DNA from: Neodothiora populina | Lineage: Eukaryota | Reading direction: 5' to 3' | Length of the DNA stretch: 64,000 nt | Assembly (NCBI RefSeq): GCF_041146345.1 | Contig: NW_027191408.1 | Location: forward strand, 248,001-312,000 | Part shown: positions 51,001 to 63,062 of the stretch, one piece after another | Layout of the letters: each line of letters begins with the position of its first letter | Numbering within the stretch: position 1 is the first letter of the stretch | Notes under the pieces: generated by a model | Seen by the model: the letters and a program-made list of their open reading frames with translations, nothing else | Database searches by the model: none | What the model was told of the DNA's origin: nothing | Translations under genes and position numbers: made by a program

Positions 51001-52038
51001 AGCCTCGACTCGACCAAATCCAGGCCAGACGCTCGGCACCGATAGCATCTGTCATTGAAGATCAGAAGGCACTGATGACTAGATCTACAATTTATGATTT
51101 TCTCGAAGCATAAGGTACCTTTCGAATCCATGATGATGCCCCCGCAGCTCCGTCCGAGGACTTGGAGTGGGATGCTTCAAGACCGAACGTGCGTCGACAA
51201 ATGGGGTTGGTAAAGCAGTCACAATGTGTGGAGCTAGCCGTAAGAGGCTAGATCTTTGCTTTCTGATAGCTAATCTTAGAGAGCGAGCAACGCGCTACAC
51301 TTGACGACTGTTCGAGATGCAGTTTCGATAACACTGTCTTTTTCTCAGTATTGAAGGTAGTATCGACTACGGACTTATTGAGTAAGAATTTACCGGTAGT
51401 GAGCGTCTATGAAGTATGACCAAGTTGCCAGAATGCTCCTTCTGCCTGGATGTAAACCCTGAGACTACATCTTGCCACGGCTGGTGCCAAACGCCATAGA
51501 CATATGTACTACGTAGATGAGATATGGACATCACTTCTATATTCGACATGCTGGCTTCGTCTTTCGTGCTTTGACCTGTTGGATATCTATCTGTATAGGA
51601 GTTGTTAATTTGAATGATCATTGTATCACCCCTTGCTTGAGAAGGGGGAAGGTCCTTGACTATATGCACTAGCTACTTGAGTTCAAAACTCCTTGTAGAT
51701 CCGTCATAGCTTCGATATTATCCAGCTTTCTCAACAAGCATCAAGCTTCGATGAAACCATATCTAGGGACATGATGTTCGGATTCAGTGGTTGATGTGAA
51801 ATGTTTCGATGTCCCATTGTGGCGAGGCAATGCACGAGGTATCTGGAAACATCCTAGGTACATACGGCTTCCGATATAGAGCACGCTGATTGGATGTGCG
51901 AGCTTTCCACAGCATGTGAGATCCATCGTACCTGACCTTCGTTTTACCGCTAATCTTTCGGCCACACGTAGACCCAATGGGTGAATATGTGTATATCCTC
52001 GCCGTGTTTTACTGCCTCTCGAGCGACATCACACACGT

Positions 52039-52948
52039 CTATGCGCTTCTAGGAGTAGTGCTGGCTCCACTGGACCTCCACGAGCTCAGGATCAAGTCGA
52101 CAATGTGGTCGACACCCTTCCCGTTCTTGACTTGTGCGAAGAGCGTTGGTCCACCGTCGCTTGGATCTTGTCAGTACGATTCAGTGATAGTAAATGGTAC
52201 AAAAGTGAACATACCGCATTTTTCTGGCATCACGCTCCATAACGCCCAAGTCTGCACCGACAATTTCGGCGAGATCGGTCTTGTTGACGACAAGCAAATC
52301 GCTCTGCGTGATGCCTGGACCACCCTTTCTCGGAATCTTGTCGCCTCCGCTCACGTCGATCACGTAGATGATGTAGTCGGCGAGCTCGCGGCTGTAGTTG
52401 GCGGCCAAATTGTCACCACCCGACTCGATAAGCAGAAGTTGGGTGTCAAATTCGCGATGTAGGTCGGTCAAGGCAGCGAGGTTCGCGGAGATGTCCTCTC
52501 TGACGGCGGCGTGTGGGCATCCACCGGTCTCGATGGCAGTGATGCGCTCGGCTGGGAGCGCTTTGTGGCGAGTAAGGAACTCGCAGTCCTCTCGGGTGAA
52601 GATGTCGTTGGTCACGGCGGCGATACTGTATTTATCACGAAGGGCCAGGCACAGCGCCAGCATGAGAGCAGTCTTGCCTGATCCTACGGGACTGGAGAGC
52701 GGACATGATCAGTGGGATCCAGTGACTGGAAAGGTAGCAGAATGGGAACGAAGCACACAAAGAACATACCCACCGATTCCAACCGTGAAGGCGCGCTCAG
52801 CAAAGTCGCGACCTTGCACGATGGGCATCTCACGGCCCAGGAAAGAGCCAGGGCCATCGAGGATCTCATGAGTGTGGCCGTGATCGACGGCGGCATCATG
52901 CGAATGACCGGCTAGGCCATCGTGAGCGTGAGATTGACCGCTTGCCAT
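52039..52948 (-). CDS. ureG: Urease accessory GTPase UreG
   Basis: His-rich N-terminus, [48 protein letters not shown]; two introns; stop at 52041-52039. Confidence 0.97.
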
Positions 52949-53739
52949 GTTTGAAAGCTATGCGAGACAGAGAAACAACAACAAGACGACAGAAAGTTGT
53001 GTAGCTTTGGTAGCTTATATGTGTGTGTTATCTGCCAGCGACTCATAACTCGAGGTGGGGGGAACTTGGCGGGGTAAAACCCGCGTAGAGCTTCCCCATT
53101 GGAGAAAGCAACATCTCTCCTGTCGGCCAGGTCCGCAATCGGACAATCCGTATGTGATAAAGGCGGGTTGGAACGCCGACAGATTATGAGAATGTCGTGC
53201 AGGACAAGGCCTAGGTAAGCGGCGATTGCGTACAACACAGCATCTCGCATCGGCGTTGATGCTTGATCTGTGAAGCTCTACGGAAAGTATTCAAATAATC
53301 GTTGCGGTGTCGGATCCTGAAACTGATCTGATCGGAGCATCGGGAGCGCAGGAAATCAAGGGCCGTGTCCCGGTGACAAAAGTATAATGATGATGATATA
53401 GCGATTAGCGATCGCCCTAGCATCCCATACCTTAAGATATATTGGCTGAATCGACAAAAGCAAAGCAAGTCACAGCATATGTCTTAGCAACAATGATTGT
53501 CCGTCAATCACATCTCCTAGATCTTGCATCAGGAACAGAAACAGAATGCTGCTTCGGAGAACGGCAACCAACCCCTGGCATGCGCATCGAGCATGTGATG
53601 GAGCTGTTCCCGTTCCTTCCTTCTACGTCATAGTAACGACCGTGACTGCCGCAAGACATTCGCTTTCCCAGCTTGATGAATTCACCCTTCACTTCCTTCC
53701 AACTCCTTATCCATCCATCAATCACATCTACTCGACACC

Positions 53740-56052
53740 ATGAGTAGCATGTTCTCCAAGCTCCCGTGGGCTTCCCACGATGATTCTGGTGGGAAGCAGG
53801 ACGAACAGGAAGAGTCCTTGACCACAGTCTTGTCGAGTCCCCAGGACCGCAGTGAACTCACCATTCTCATCGCCAATTGCACAGAGACAATGCGAAAGGT
53901 CATCACAGACACCTTTGACGCCTCTCAAGTAGGAAAACCGCAGGATTCAGTTGTCGATATCAAGGCCGACGACGATGCTCCACTTGTCGACACCAGCACC
54001 CCTGAGCCTACCAAGGAGCACACCGTCACCGATGAGCAGGCTCGCAAAGATCAGGCGCAAAAGGAAGAGAAAGATCGAGCACAAAGAGAAAAGGAACAAG
54101 CACAGAGAGAAAAGGAGCTCAGCGCACCCAAGATGAAGGAGCTGCGCGACGCCGCCTTGCACGAGTTCGATGACTGGAGGGAGTCGGTCTTGTCGAGAAT
54201 AGGCGAGGTCGTCAATTCTCGAGACACTGCAAAGGCACAACAGAAACAGGCCAAAGCCACGACGCCCAAGTTGCCTCCGAGACATCTGTCTGAACCGCCC
54301 AAGTATGATCAGGGCGTGGCAAAGGCGATCAAGGAATTATACCCTCCCGTCGAAACTCCTTTGAACAGGCTGGACGAACCGCACAGAGCGCTGATCCTAC
54401 ATTCTGTGCTATTGCTGCTGTTGAGTCTCGAGCACTACTCTGCCCACTCACGTGTCCTGCTGTTGCACCTCATGAGCAGTCTCCAGCTTTCCATCTCCTT
54501 CTTGGCTGATGATGAGAGCAAGATAGCTCGTGGCTTGTTGAAGGCTGCCGACATGAAGGCCGAGGATGAGACAAAGAAGAAGGCCGAAGAGAATCACGAC
54601 AGTCGCAAATGGAAGGTCGGTCTCGCTACTGTTGCTGGCGCTGCTTTGATCGGTGTGACAGGTGGTCTGGCCGCACCACTGCTGGCTGCAGGAGTTGGCA
54701 CAGTAATGGGTGGTCTCGGTCTCGGTGCAACCGCCACCGCTGGCTACCTTGGTACCTTGGCCGGTAGCTCTGTCCTCGTGGGTGGGTTGTTTGGTGCCTA
54801 CGGAGGACGCATGACCGGAAAGATGATGGATCAATACGCCAAGGAAGTCGACGATTTTGCTTTCATCCCCATTCGTACACACCACAAGCCTAGAAAGATC
54901 GAGAAGGAATATCGACGTTTACGCGTTGCCATTGGTATCTCTGGCTGGTTGACTGACAAAGAAGATGTTGTCGATCCCTGGACGGTCATCGGACCCGAGA
55001 TGGAAGCCTTCGCCCTTCGCTTCGAACTCGAAGCCCTGATGAACCTGGGAAACTCGCTCACAGCCATGATAAAAAGCGCGGCATGGGGATATGCCAAATC
55101 CGAGATCATCAAACGTACAGTCTTTGCCTCTTTGACCGCAGGACTGTGGCCTCTTGGTCTGCTGAAAGTCTCCCGTATCATCGACAACCCCTTCAGCGTG
55201 GCCAAATCGCGTGCGGACAAGGCCGGTATCGTTTTGGCCGACGCTTTAATCAATCGTGCCCAGGGTGAAAGACCCGTAACGTTGATAGGTTATTCTCTCG
55301 GCGCACGTGTCATCTACACCTGTCTCAAGACCCTCGCCGATCGCAAAGCTTTTGGCCTCATCGAGTCTGTCGTCTTGCTCGGCGCACCGACTCCGTCGAC
55401 GGCTGCAGACTGGCGTCTCATCCGCAGTGTTGTCTCGGGACGGGTCGTAAACGTCTACAGCACCTCTGACTACATCCTTGGTTTCCTATACCGCAGCAGC
55501 AGCATCCAATACGGAATCGCCGGTCTTCAAGCCATTCCCTCCGTCGCAGGTGTCCAAAACGTAGACGTCAGCGACATCGTCACCGGCCACACAGCATATC
55601 GCTACCTCACAGGAACCATCCTGAAGAAAATCGGCTTCGAAGACGTGGACGTCGAGGCTCTGGCCAAGGAAGAAGCGCGCTTCAGAGAACAACAGGCAAA
55701 AGAAGAGCAAGCGCGTCAGAACGCCGAGGCAAAAACGACGACGATAAAGGCCGACGAAGAACACGACCACGACCAAGAAGTGGAGAAGTTGGAGCAAGAA
55801 GTCAAACTCAAGAACAAGGAAAGCATGATGGACCGGATGACGGAAAAAATGAAGATCGGTCGCCGCTCTTCGTCGCGTCGTAGTAAGTCCGGGTCAGGCG
55901 CGGACACTCCACCTCCCGCTGCTTCTTCGTCTCGCTCTTCCCATGATGCTGCTGGCGGCTATGGAGAGAGTAATCTCATTCACATGGATCCGGGAACTGA
56001 TGGCGAGGAGGAGAAACCACCCCTGCCTCCTAGGATGCAACAGCAGCATTAG
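53740..56052 (+). CDS. DUF726 protein (TMCO4/Mil1-like, alpha/beta-hydrolase-like membrane protein)
   Basis: KWKVGLATVAGAALIGVTGGLAAP, IIDNPFSVA, RPVTLIGYSLGARV, VVSGRVVNVYS.SDYIL; intronless, 770 aa. Confidence 0.9.
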   Translation: MSSMFSKLPWASHDDSGGKQDEQEESLTTVLSSPQDRSELTILIANCTETMRKVITDTFDASQVGKPQDSVVDIKADDDAPLVDTSTPEPTKEHTVTDEQARKDQAQKEEKDRAQREKEQAQREKELSAPKMKELRDAALHEFDDWRESVLSRIGEVVNSRDTAKAQQKQAKATTPKLPPRHLSEPPKYDQGVAKAIKELYPPVETPLNRLDEPHRALILHSVLLLLLSLEHYSAHSRVLLLHLMSSLQLSISFLADDESKIARGLLKAADMKAEDETKKKAEENHDSRKWKVGLATVAGAALIGVTGGLAAPLLAAGVGTVMGGLGLGATATAGYLGTLAGSSVLVGGLFGAYGGRMTGKMMDQYAKEVDDFAFIPIRTHHKPRKIEKEYRRLRVAIGISGWLTDKEDVVDPWTVIGPEMEAFALRFELEALMNLGNSLTAMIKSAAWGYAKSEIIKRTVFASLTAGLWPLGLLKVSRIIDNPFSVAKSRADKAGIVLADALINRAQGERPVTLIGYSLGARVIYTCLKTLADRKAFGLIESVVLLGAPTPSTAADWRLIRSVVSGRVVNVYSTSDYILGFLYRSSSIQYGIAGLQAIPSVAGVQNVDVSDIVTGHTAYRYLTGTILKKIGFEDVDVEALAKEEARFREQQAKEEQARQNAEAKTTTIKADEEHDHDQEVEKLEQEVKLKNKESMMDRMTEKMKIGRRSSSRRSKSGSGADTPPPAASSSRSSHDAAGGYGESNLIHMDPGTDGEEEKPPLPPRMQQQH

Positions 56053-56496
56053 ACATCATCTCTGGAGTTTCGTTGAGTGGTCAAGGGCTGGCAAGCACTA
56101 ACCCTAGAAGCTGGTCGGGGGGTTGAGGGTAATGAAACAAATATCATGAAGTGTATACACACACAAGTATAGAATACCATTTCGCATTTTATTCCTGGTC
56201 TGTCTTCCTAGTCTGTCACAATCCGGTTACAGGTGTGTTTATGATGGGAAGGGACTACCTTTCCTGTTCCTACATACATACCATTCCTCCTTTCTTGACT
56301 GTCTACTGTAGCTTCATCATTCCTCCTTCATTACTATCCACTGTATCATCACCATTGTTTCCACCTGCCCCTCTCCACCATCGTCAGATTCATTAGTCGC
56401 ATCGTATACATCCCCAACGCAGAGCCGCGCCTCAAAACCAGAGATCTTCTGTGTCTTTTTTTTTCCCCTTTTCTGCTTCATTGTCTATTGTCTTCA

Positions 56497-59400
56497 TCAC
56501 TTGCCACTCTCATCCCCTGCACTATCACCGCCGCCGCCGCCGCCGCCGAATAAACTCACGCGACGTACAGCTGTAGCTTTCCTCTGTGCGAAGATTTGAT
56601 TCATAGCTTGAGAGGAAGAAGACGACAAGGCTTGACCTATTCTGACCACGGACGGATGTGACACGGACGGTTGGGGTATAGGTACCGGGGCTGTACTGTC
56701 TTCTGCGGCATCTATGATTCGAGCGGGCTCGGAGGGGTTTTCGATTAAAGTATTGCGTAGCATATCTGTGCTTGTCGTTTTTTGTTTCTTTGAGGGCGTT
56801 GCTGTCGTATTCTGGTCGTCTTCGGGTATTGCTTTTGCTGCGGTTCTTTTCTTGTTGCTGCTGCTGCTCAGAAGTTCGTTGGTTCCTTTGCTATGTTTCT
56901 CGTCTTTGATCGTCGCATTGTTTTTCTTCTTCCACGTTGCCCAGCCGGCTCGACTCCACAGCTGCTGAGGGTCCGCGAGCAAAGCGACGTTGTGGTTCCT
57001 GTCTTCGTCCGAGATGGGCAATGGTCTCGCCTGCTGGATGATTTCTTTGATCCCTCGGTCATCGTCTAGCATCTTTGCGTCACTGTGCTCTGCTCGCGTC
57101 ATGCGCCGGGCTCGCTCGAACATTTCCTCTTCGATGGTGCCTTCTAGTATCAGCGTCTCGACGACCACGGGCTTCGTCTGTCCGATTCTGTGCGCGCGTT
57201 TGATGGCTTGCGCTTCGATTTGCGGGCGGCAGAAGTTGATGAAGAAGACCCGCGATGCGGAGGATACGTTTAGACCGTAGGCTGCTTGACGGACGTCCAT
57301 TAGTAACACGCGGTAGCTGGAGTCTTTGTCGAAGAGCACGATGTATTCTGATTTCTTCACTGGAGACAGCGTGCGTTCGTAGATGAGGTGGTTGATGTGC
57401 AGGAGCTCTAATGCCTGCGCTATGTAGTAGGCTGAGTTGTCCCCGTCATAGAAGACGAGAATCTTCTCATCGCGGTATAAGCTCCAGATCTTGGACATCA
57501 GGTAGCTCAATTTTGCAGATGTGGTGCCCGTCACGGAGGTTTTGAGGAGGGGAGAGTTCGCTGGTAGCTCCTGAGGCTCGCCGCTTTGGTCATGAGTACT
57601 TGTGCGTGCCGCGCTGACACTCTTGTTCTTTGGCGTAGATCGCTTGGTACCGTCTTCTCTGGCAGGCATGTTGTGCCGGCGATGATCGAATTTTGATTGA
57701 ACACTAACACTAGACGAAGGGACACCACCTTTGGCAAGAATCGATTTCTTCTCGTGTCCATCAGCTGCATCTGGCTGTTGCGTGCGTAAAATCTTCAACG
57801 CGCGCAGACCTGTTCCAGCTAACCCGCTAGTTGGATCTTCTGACTCTGCTTGCTGGTTGACAAATGCTTGCGCTTCGAGCAACTGCGTCACGCCACAGAG
57901 GAAAGCTTGACCTTCGTTGAACGACCAGAATTCTGCGCAGTCCTCCGGCCAGTCATTCACGGATAAGCCCACTTCATGGGATCTGCTGAGCGCCGTCCAG
58001 CAAGGAGACGATAGCATCGACTTTGCCTCTTCTACACATTGTTTCAACAAGGCTCGATCCTCGGCGGTGCAACCGGTGTTGACTTTCGCAAGATAGCGCT
58101 CACTGTTGCCGATGGTAGCAAGAATATCTGCTTCACTGAAGCCAGTCCATGTAAAGGCACTCTGCCGCAGGTTATAGACCAGTTGATACCGCTCTTTCTG
58201 ACTGTTGGGGTGGAACAGATAATCCGTGTCGGTGCGTTCACTAGTTACCGCGTTCGCAGTCAGGACGAAGTTGAAAGCGTTTGCTGTGTATTTGTCGAAT
58301 AGGCATGGCTTGAGACGCACTATCCGATGCTCCAAGGGTGGGAGGACAATGTCGCGCTCGATATCCTCAGGCTGTGTCTTCACAACTATACTCTCTAGCG
58401 TGCGCCCTAGACTTTTTGAAAATGCGGCAATGCCGATCTTGGTACGTGGATCTTCGAATCTGTAGATGTCGTATTTCCATTCCGCTGAACGCTCCTCGGA
58501 TGCGGTCCAAGGCCGGATCTTGAGGAAATGGGTGACCAGCTCCCCAAGGCTACGTATCGCACCACTCGTGTCTTCCTTCACGTTGAATTTCCTCCTCTGT
58601 GCAAGTGCACCTCGGCGCTGTTCATCTGGGACAGTCGTAGGGTCGGACGTGATCGAGTCCAGCTCAACGCCTAAAAGATCCTTCGCTGGAGTGCCACTCA
58701 CTACCCATCGGTGATCAGTCACTACCATCTGATTGGCAACGTGCGCAGCCACAGATCTCGAAGAAGAGAAGAAATGGCCTTCATCGATGATGAGTCGAAG
58801 AAAGTGTATGTGTTTGAGCGGCGAGTCGTACAAATCTTCTTCTCGAAGACATGTGCAGTCGCGTCTCCGACTGGCGCCGATGTAAGGACAATTGCATGAA
58901 ACAGGATATCGTACTTGTCGTCTGCCTTGACGATCTGACCCATCCTTGTGTTCTTGCTCGAATCTGGTCCGGCTAAACAGGATCACGTCGTACAATGTAA
59001 GTTCCTTGCGATCGGGTAGATCTGTCTTTGGGTCATCCATGAACAAGACGCTGAGAGCATCTTTCTCCACATGCTTGTCCATCTCCGCTCTCCACTGAGC
59101 AAACAAGTTTCGGGGAACAACAATAATCGTGGTAGAGGCAAGCATGAGGCGCTTCGGAGGCGGTGTGGTAGTCTTTCGATTCCATCGTATTGGCTCTTGT
59201 GGTATCTCGTATATGGGCGCATTTTGGCGCAGCAGCTTTATGCAGCCCTCCATGTATTCGCCAGTCCTCGCAGCATGATCCGCGAAGAAAGTTTTCCATG
59301 GCGCCGAATGCTTATTCACAGAGGAAACAGCCATCTCTGCCAGACTCCCTACTCGAGATCTCTTACGAATGGTCTCGTACTGTGCTGGAACCTTTGGCAG

Positions 59401-60342
59401 ATAGCCCTTAGTGGTCAGTATCAGAGCGATACACATCACCGTTTTACCAAGGCCCATGGTCTCTGCTAATATGCCTCCCTTACAAGACTCGTAGTACTTG
59501 GGAGATCGGAAGAAGACAGCCTCGCGAGGTCCATAGAAATACATGGAGCCATCTGGGGCTATCCTTTGTTCTAGGCGGGGGTCCAGTTCTAACCTAGACT
59601 CGCTTTCACGTTGAAGCATCAGTCCCGCGGATCTCCTTTGGTATGGATACAAGACAGATCTTAGTCCCGGGAGATCGTATGTGTGATCGAGGAGGTGCCC
59701 TAACGCCTCGCGATGAAAGTGCGACGTGACATGCTCAGGACTAGGAGCTGGCGATTTAAGGGTGTTGAACATATAGTACAAAGAACCCTCATCTGCTGCT
59801 GCTAACGGGTCGAAAGCCACATGATTTCCTGCGATATACTTGCCTTCCCACGTTGCGGGAGAAACATCAAGCTCTCTGACTAAGGAGTGCACAGCCCTTG
59901 ACAATACCTTACTGGAGTGGTCGACGTATCTATTTCCGACATCACCTGGTAAAAAGTAAAGACGACTGATATGAGCAGAGCCAGTGCAATTTGCTGATAC
60001 TCGGATCCAGGCGTTCTCAAGGAGTTTCGTAATTCCCTGAACAAGTTTATCAGGTAGACCCGGAATGCTGGCTGGTCTGGTGACTTCCTTCCATTTATGG
60101 CAACAGAGATTGGAATGATCCGTGACAGTCTTGGTTTCTTGTACGAGGCAACCAAGAGGTATATAGTTTTTGATATCTTGAAAGAAACGTGATGCTTCCG
60201 GCGATCGTGGGACTGTGTTGAAAGTCGACGTCTTGGCAGGAACTGGTGTAAGTGGCGATACTGAAGTTGCGGGTGTATCAAGATCGGAGTCTCGGTGATC
60301 ATCCAAGTCTACAACGACTACCGGTCTAGAGTGGTCGGCCAT
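56497..60342 (-). CDS. SNF2-family (Rad5/Rad16-like) helicase/ATPase
   Basis: LYPYQ, GGILAETMGLGKT, TIIVVP, RLIIDEGH, WVVSGTP, AYGLN, QAIKRAHRIGQTKPV; intronless, 1281 aa. Confidence 0.92.
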   Translation of the reverse strand: MADHSRPVVVVDLDDHRDSDLDTPATSVSPLTPVPAKTSTFNTVPRSPEASRFFQDIKNYIPLGCLVQETKTVTDHSNLCCHKWKEVTRPASIPGLPDKLVQGITKLLENAWIRVSANCTGSAHISRLYFLPGDVGNRYVDHSSKVLSRAVHSLVRELDVSPATWEGKYIAGNHVAFDPLAAADEGSLYYMFNTLKSPAPSPEHVTSHFHREALGHLLDHTYDLPGLRSVLYPYQRRSAGLMLQRESESRLELDPRLEQRIAPDGSMYFYGPREAVFFRSPKYYESCKGGILAETMGLGKTVMCIALILTTKGYLPKVPAQYETIRKRSRVGSLAEMAVSSVNKHSAPWKTFFADHAARTGEYMEGCIKLLRQNAPIYEIPQEPIRWNRKTTTPPPKRLMLASTTIIVVPRNLFAQWRAEMDKHVEKDALSVLFMDDPKTDLPDRKELTLYDVILFSRTRFEQEHKDGSDRQGRRQVRYPVSCNCPYIGASRRRDCTCLREEDLYDSPLKHIHFLRLIIDEGHFFSSSRSVAAHVANQMVVTDHRWVVSGTPAKDLLGVELDSITSDPTTVPDEQRRGALAQRRKFNVKEDTSGAIRSLGELVTHFLKIRPWTASEERSAEWKYDIYRFEDPRTKIGIAAFSKSLGRTLESIVVKTQPEDIERDIVLPPLEHRIVRLKPCLFDKYTANAFNFVLTANAVTSERTDTDYLFHPNSQKERYQLVYNLRQSAFTWTGFSEADILATIGNSERYLAKVNTGCTAEDRALLKQCVEEAKSMLSSPCWTALSRSHEVGLSVNDWPEDCAEFWSFNEGQAFLCGVTQLLEAQAFVNQQAESEDPTSGLAGTGLRALKILRTQQPDAADGHEKKSILAKGGVPSSSVSVQSKFDHRRHNMPAREDGTKRSTPKNKSVSAARTSTHDQSGEPQELPANSPLLKTSVTGTTSAKLSYLMSKIWSLYRDEKILVFYDGDNSAYYIAQALELLHINHLIYERTLSPVKKSEYIVLFDKDSSYRVLLMDVRQAAYGLNVSSASRVFFINFCRPQIEAQAIKRAHRIGQTKPVVVETLILEGTIEEEMFERARRMTRAEHSDAKMLDDDRGIKEIIQQARPLPISDEDRNHNVALLADPQQLWSRAGWATWKKKNNATIKDEKHSKGTNELLSSSSNKKRTAAKAIPEDDQNTTATPSKKQKTTSTDMLRNTLIENPSEPARIIDAAEDSTAPVPIPQPSVSHPSVVRIGQALSSSSSQAMNQIFAQRKATAVRRVSLFGGGGGGGDSAGDESGK

Positions 60343-60913
60343 TGTGAAGCCTTTTAGATCGTGTCTTACAACGACGATGATCGCATCTTATGACCTGTAG
60401 AGCTTCGATTGGAGGCGACGAAGTGGCAACCGAATGCTTGAACTTCAGGATCTAGAGTCCTCCGCGACGGAACCAGTGATACAAATCGGCTTTCCACATC
60501 AATTTCATGTATACATGGCAAAGGAAAGAGGTCTGAATCAATAAAGCAGCGTAGATCAGACAGGGTACTGTCGGTACGTTATCTTCACATGGATTATATC
60601 TTCTAGAGATGACTAGCGCATGCAGGTGAAGCGAAAGGTAGGTTTGCAGAAGTCTTGGGATGCCAAGAGTACTAGACCATCCTTCCTCGAATGGAAGGTA
60701 CAATGCAATACTAAGGTATCTGGTCAAGCCAACGACATATGTTGACTTTCATGAGAAGTATTGATCAAATAACACAAAACCATTAGTCTCCTCGGACAAG
60801 CATGTCGAGCGGCAGGGTAAATGCTGGTAACAAAGTGATATCTAGAGGACAAGGAAATAAAAAAACGCCTCAGCTCATGCATTATGTTTCGCGTCCTCAA
60901 GAGGAGCTCGATT

Positions 60914-62788
60914 CTAGAACGAATCTTCAGACTCCCGCCTGTCGAACCATCGTCCCCAAACACCCTTTGAGCCCTCGCTACCTGCGTAGCCGCTCTCTTC
61001 TTCCTCCCACTTCAGTCTCTCCACCCTTCTGCGTGCGTTGTATGCGCGCGTAAAGCGCCAGATTTCTGTATCTGCCAGGTTCCATGCTTCAACGACATCT
61101 CTGATCTGTACTACCTGTCGAACGTTATTCTTCAGAGCGGCCCTAGCTTTGTCGAGTAAAGTCTTCTCCCTCATCAATTCCACATGATCAGGCACCTTGC
61201 CTTCCGGCTTCGGAGGTGGAGGTCGACGTTCAGGGCCGGGAACTGGTGTCTCTGACTTTCCATCATCCGCAAGCTCTGATGGCACGGGGAAGCCGAAAGT
61301 CCAAGCAAGGTCCTTCCTGTAGGTCTCGGAGTCGGTGTACTCGGCTGTAAGCCAAAGGGAATGAGACGATCCATAGTCGGAAGCTATTGCATCTTTTACA
61401 TGGATCAGACGTGCGAAACTACTTAGGCCAATCCCTAGTAATTCTTTCGTGGTAGCTATAATCCATGTATCGCGCTGAGTCTGACGGCGGATGAAACGAA
61501 TCGTGAGGGCTTCTGTTTGGTGCTGTAGCGAGGCAAATGTATATGGATGAGGAACGGTTCCGATGGTGAAGAGGGTAGAAGTGTTGCGGAAGACGGACGG
61601 TTGGCTGATGAGCATGGGATGGCTGCTGACGCATGGCTGGCATCGGTCTTTGTTGGGCGGGCACGATGCAGGATATGGCGAGGTCGTGCATTGCGACAGA
61701 TTACGCGCAAGATCGACAGCTGGCTTGACTAGGTGAGTGGAATGATCTGGAAGCGGATTGAGTACAGCAATGCCGGAGGAGAAGGTATTCTGCCAGGTCA
61801 TATGAAGATGGGATGTGATCAATTGAGCCAGCGAGTGAAGGCCCTCTGCGCGACCGTCCTTGATCATGAGCTTTTCGGAGATGCCTTTGTACTTCTTTAC
61901 TATATTGACAGTCGAGTAGAACGCTATCCCGTCGTGTTGAGGATCGACCTTGAACGTGTCATCAGGTGCGACATCAACAAGTGATTTGCCCTTGATGGGC
62001 TGTTTCAGATCTAATGCTGTCTGAATGGCTTTGTTGATGGAATCTTTGCCTCCGGTGAACAGGCCGCTTTCGAGGCCTTCGTATCTGGTCAAGTCAGGAT
62101 ACACCCCACGTCGCAAGAAAGAGAGAAGTGGATCGGTGTGAGGTGCCATGGGAAGGACAAGCCAATTGACAAGGATTCCATTTCCCATGTTTCCCCATGC
62201 GAGCCAGCGCATGAGATCATTCTCGAGTTCGGCCTCGAGCTCGAGATTCTGGAGTTTGCGATAGAGGGGGTTATTGATGGCTTCGGCCCTTCCTAAGACA
62301 ATAGGCCTGAAACCCTGTGCCCACCAGGCTCGTCTCCAAATAAGCAGGAGGCGATGTGTGGCATCCTTTGAATCTTCATCCTTGTCCCACTCCGTATCAT
62401 AAAAGGTATAGATTGGCGGTCTCTTGTTGAGTGGTGGTAGGACTGCTCGGTTCTCGTCCAATGTGATGGAAGAGGAGAAGGGGTTCATCCACTTGAAATC
62501 GCTGAACCATCTCGCCTCTCCGCTGGTACTGTTCGCTTGTTCCGGCGGAGGCGCATGGGCAGGAGCTCTGAAGGGGTTGAGAGATCCTGCCGATGGCAGC
62601 TTTGGTAGTTGTTTGGGGAGATATTTGGCGGCTCCTTGTGCAGTTTCCTGGATATTTTCTGCGTATGGTACTTCGTAGGAGGTGTTGCCAAAGAAGACGA
62701 TGCAGAGGACAACAAAGAGGGCTAAGCTGGTGACAATCTGGAGTCGTCGTGGGAGGTATGAACACGGATTGAGCCTTCGTGGTGCCAT
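60914..62788 (-). CDS. Conserved fungal type II membrane protein, possibly Golgi glycosyltransferase-like
   Basis: Short basic N-terminus, TM segment IVTSLALFVVLCIVFF, Pro-rich stem, RPPIYTFYD, WRRAWWAQGFRPIVL, RWLAW; function is an inference. Confidence 0.75.
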   Translation of the reverse strand: MAPRRLNPCSYLPRRLQIVTSLALFVVLCIVFFGNTSYEVPYAENIQETAQGAAKYLPKQLPKLPSAGSLNPFRAPAHAPPPEQANSTSGEARWFSDFKWMNPFSSSITLDENRAVLPPLNKRPPIYTFYDTEWDKDEDSKDATHRLLLIWRRAWWAQGFRPIVLGRAEAINNPLYRKLQNLELEAELENDLMRWLAWGNMGNGILVNWLVLPMAPHTDPLLSFLRRGVYPDLTRYEGLESGLFTGGKDSINKAIQTALDLKQPIKGKSLVDVAPDDTFKVDPQHDGIAFYSTVNIVKKYKGISEKLMIKDGRAEGLHSLAQLITSHLHMTWQNTFSSGIAVLNPLPDHSTHLVKPAVDLARNLSQCTTSPYPASCPPNKDRCQPCVSSHPMLISQPSVFRNTSTLFTIGTVPHPYTFASLQHQTEALTIRFIRRQTQRDTWIIATTKELLGIGLSSFARLIHVKDAIASDYGSSHSLWLTAEYTDSETYRKDLAWTFGFPVPSELADDGKSETPVPGPERRPPPPKPEGKVPDHVELMREKTLLDKARAALKNNVRQVVQIRDVVEAWNLADTEIWRFTRAYNARRRVERLKWEEEESGYAGSEGSKGVWGRWFDRRESEDSF

Positions 62789-63062
62789 GATGGACGACGT
62801 TGGCCAAACCTGGCCGTGGCCTTGCAGTCTATCAATGCAGCATGCGCTGGTCAAGACGGTCTTGGGAAGATCTCAGATCTCAGATCTCAGACCAGCTCCG
62901 GGCACTGCGTGGCTGAGTTCTGCCGGTGCAAGTGTCAGTATATCAATTTGTATACTCTACAGGTCCAGGCGCGATATGCGATATGCAACCCCGTAGATGT
63001 GGCGGGCCGTCGAGCTTCGGTGTTGAGATACCAAGAGCTATAGAGAGAACTTGCTGACTGAC

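Noticed and set aside
52860..52948. His-rich N-terminus of UreG as a novelty
   Set aside because: Established feature of fungal and plant UreG, which lack a separate UreE.
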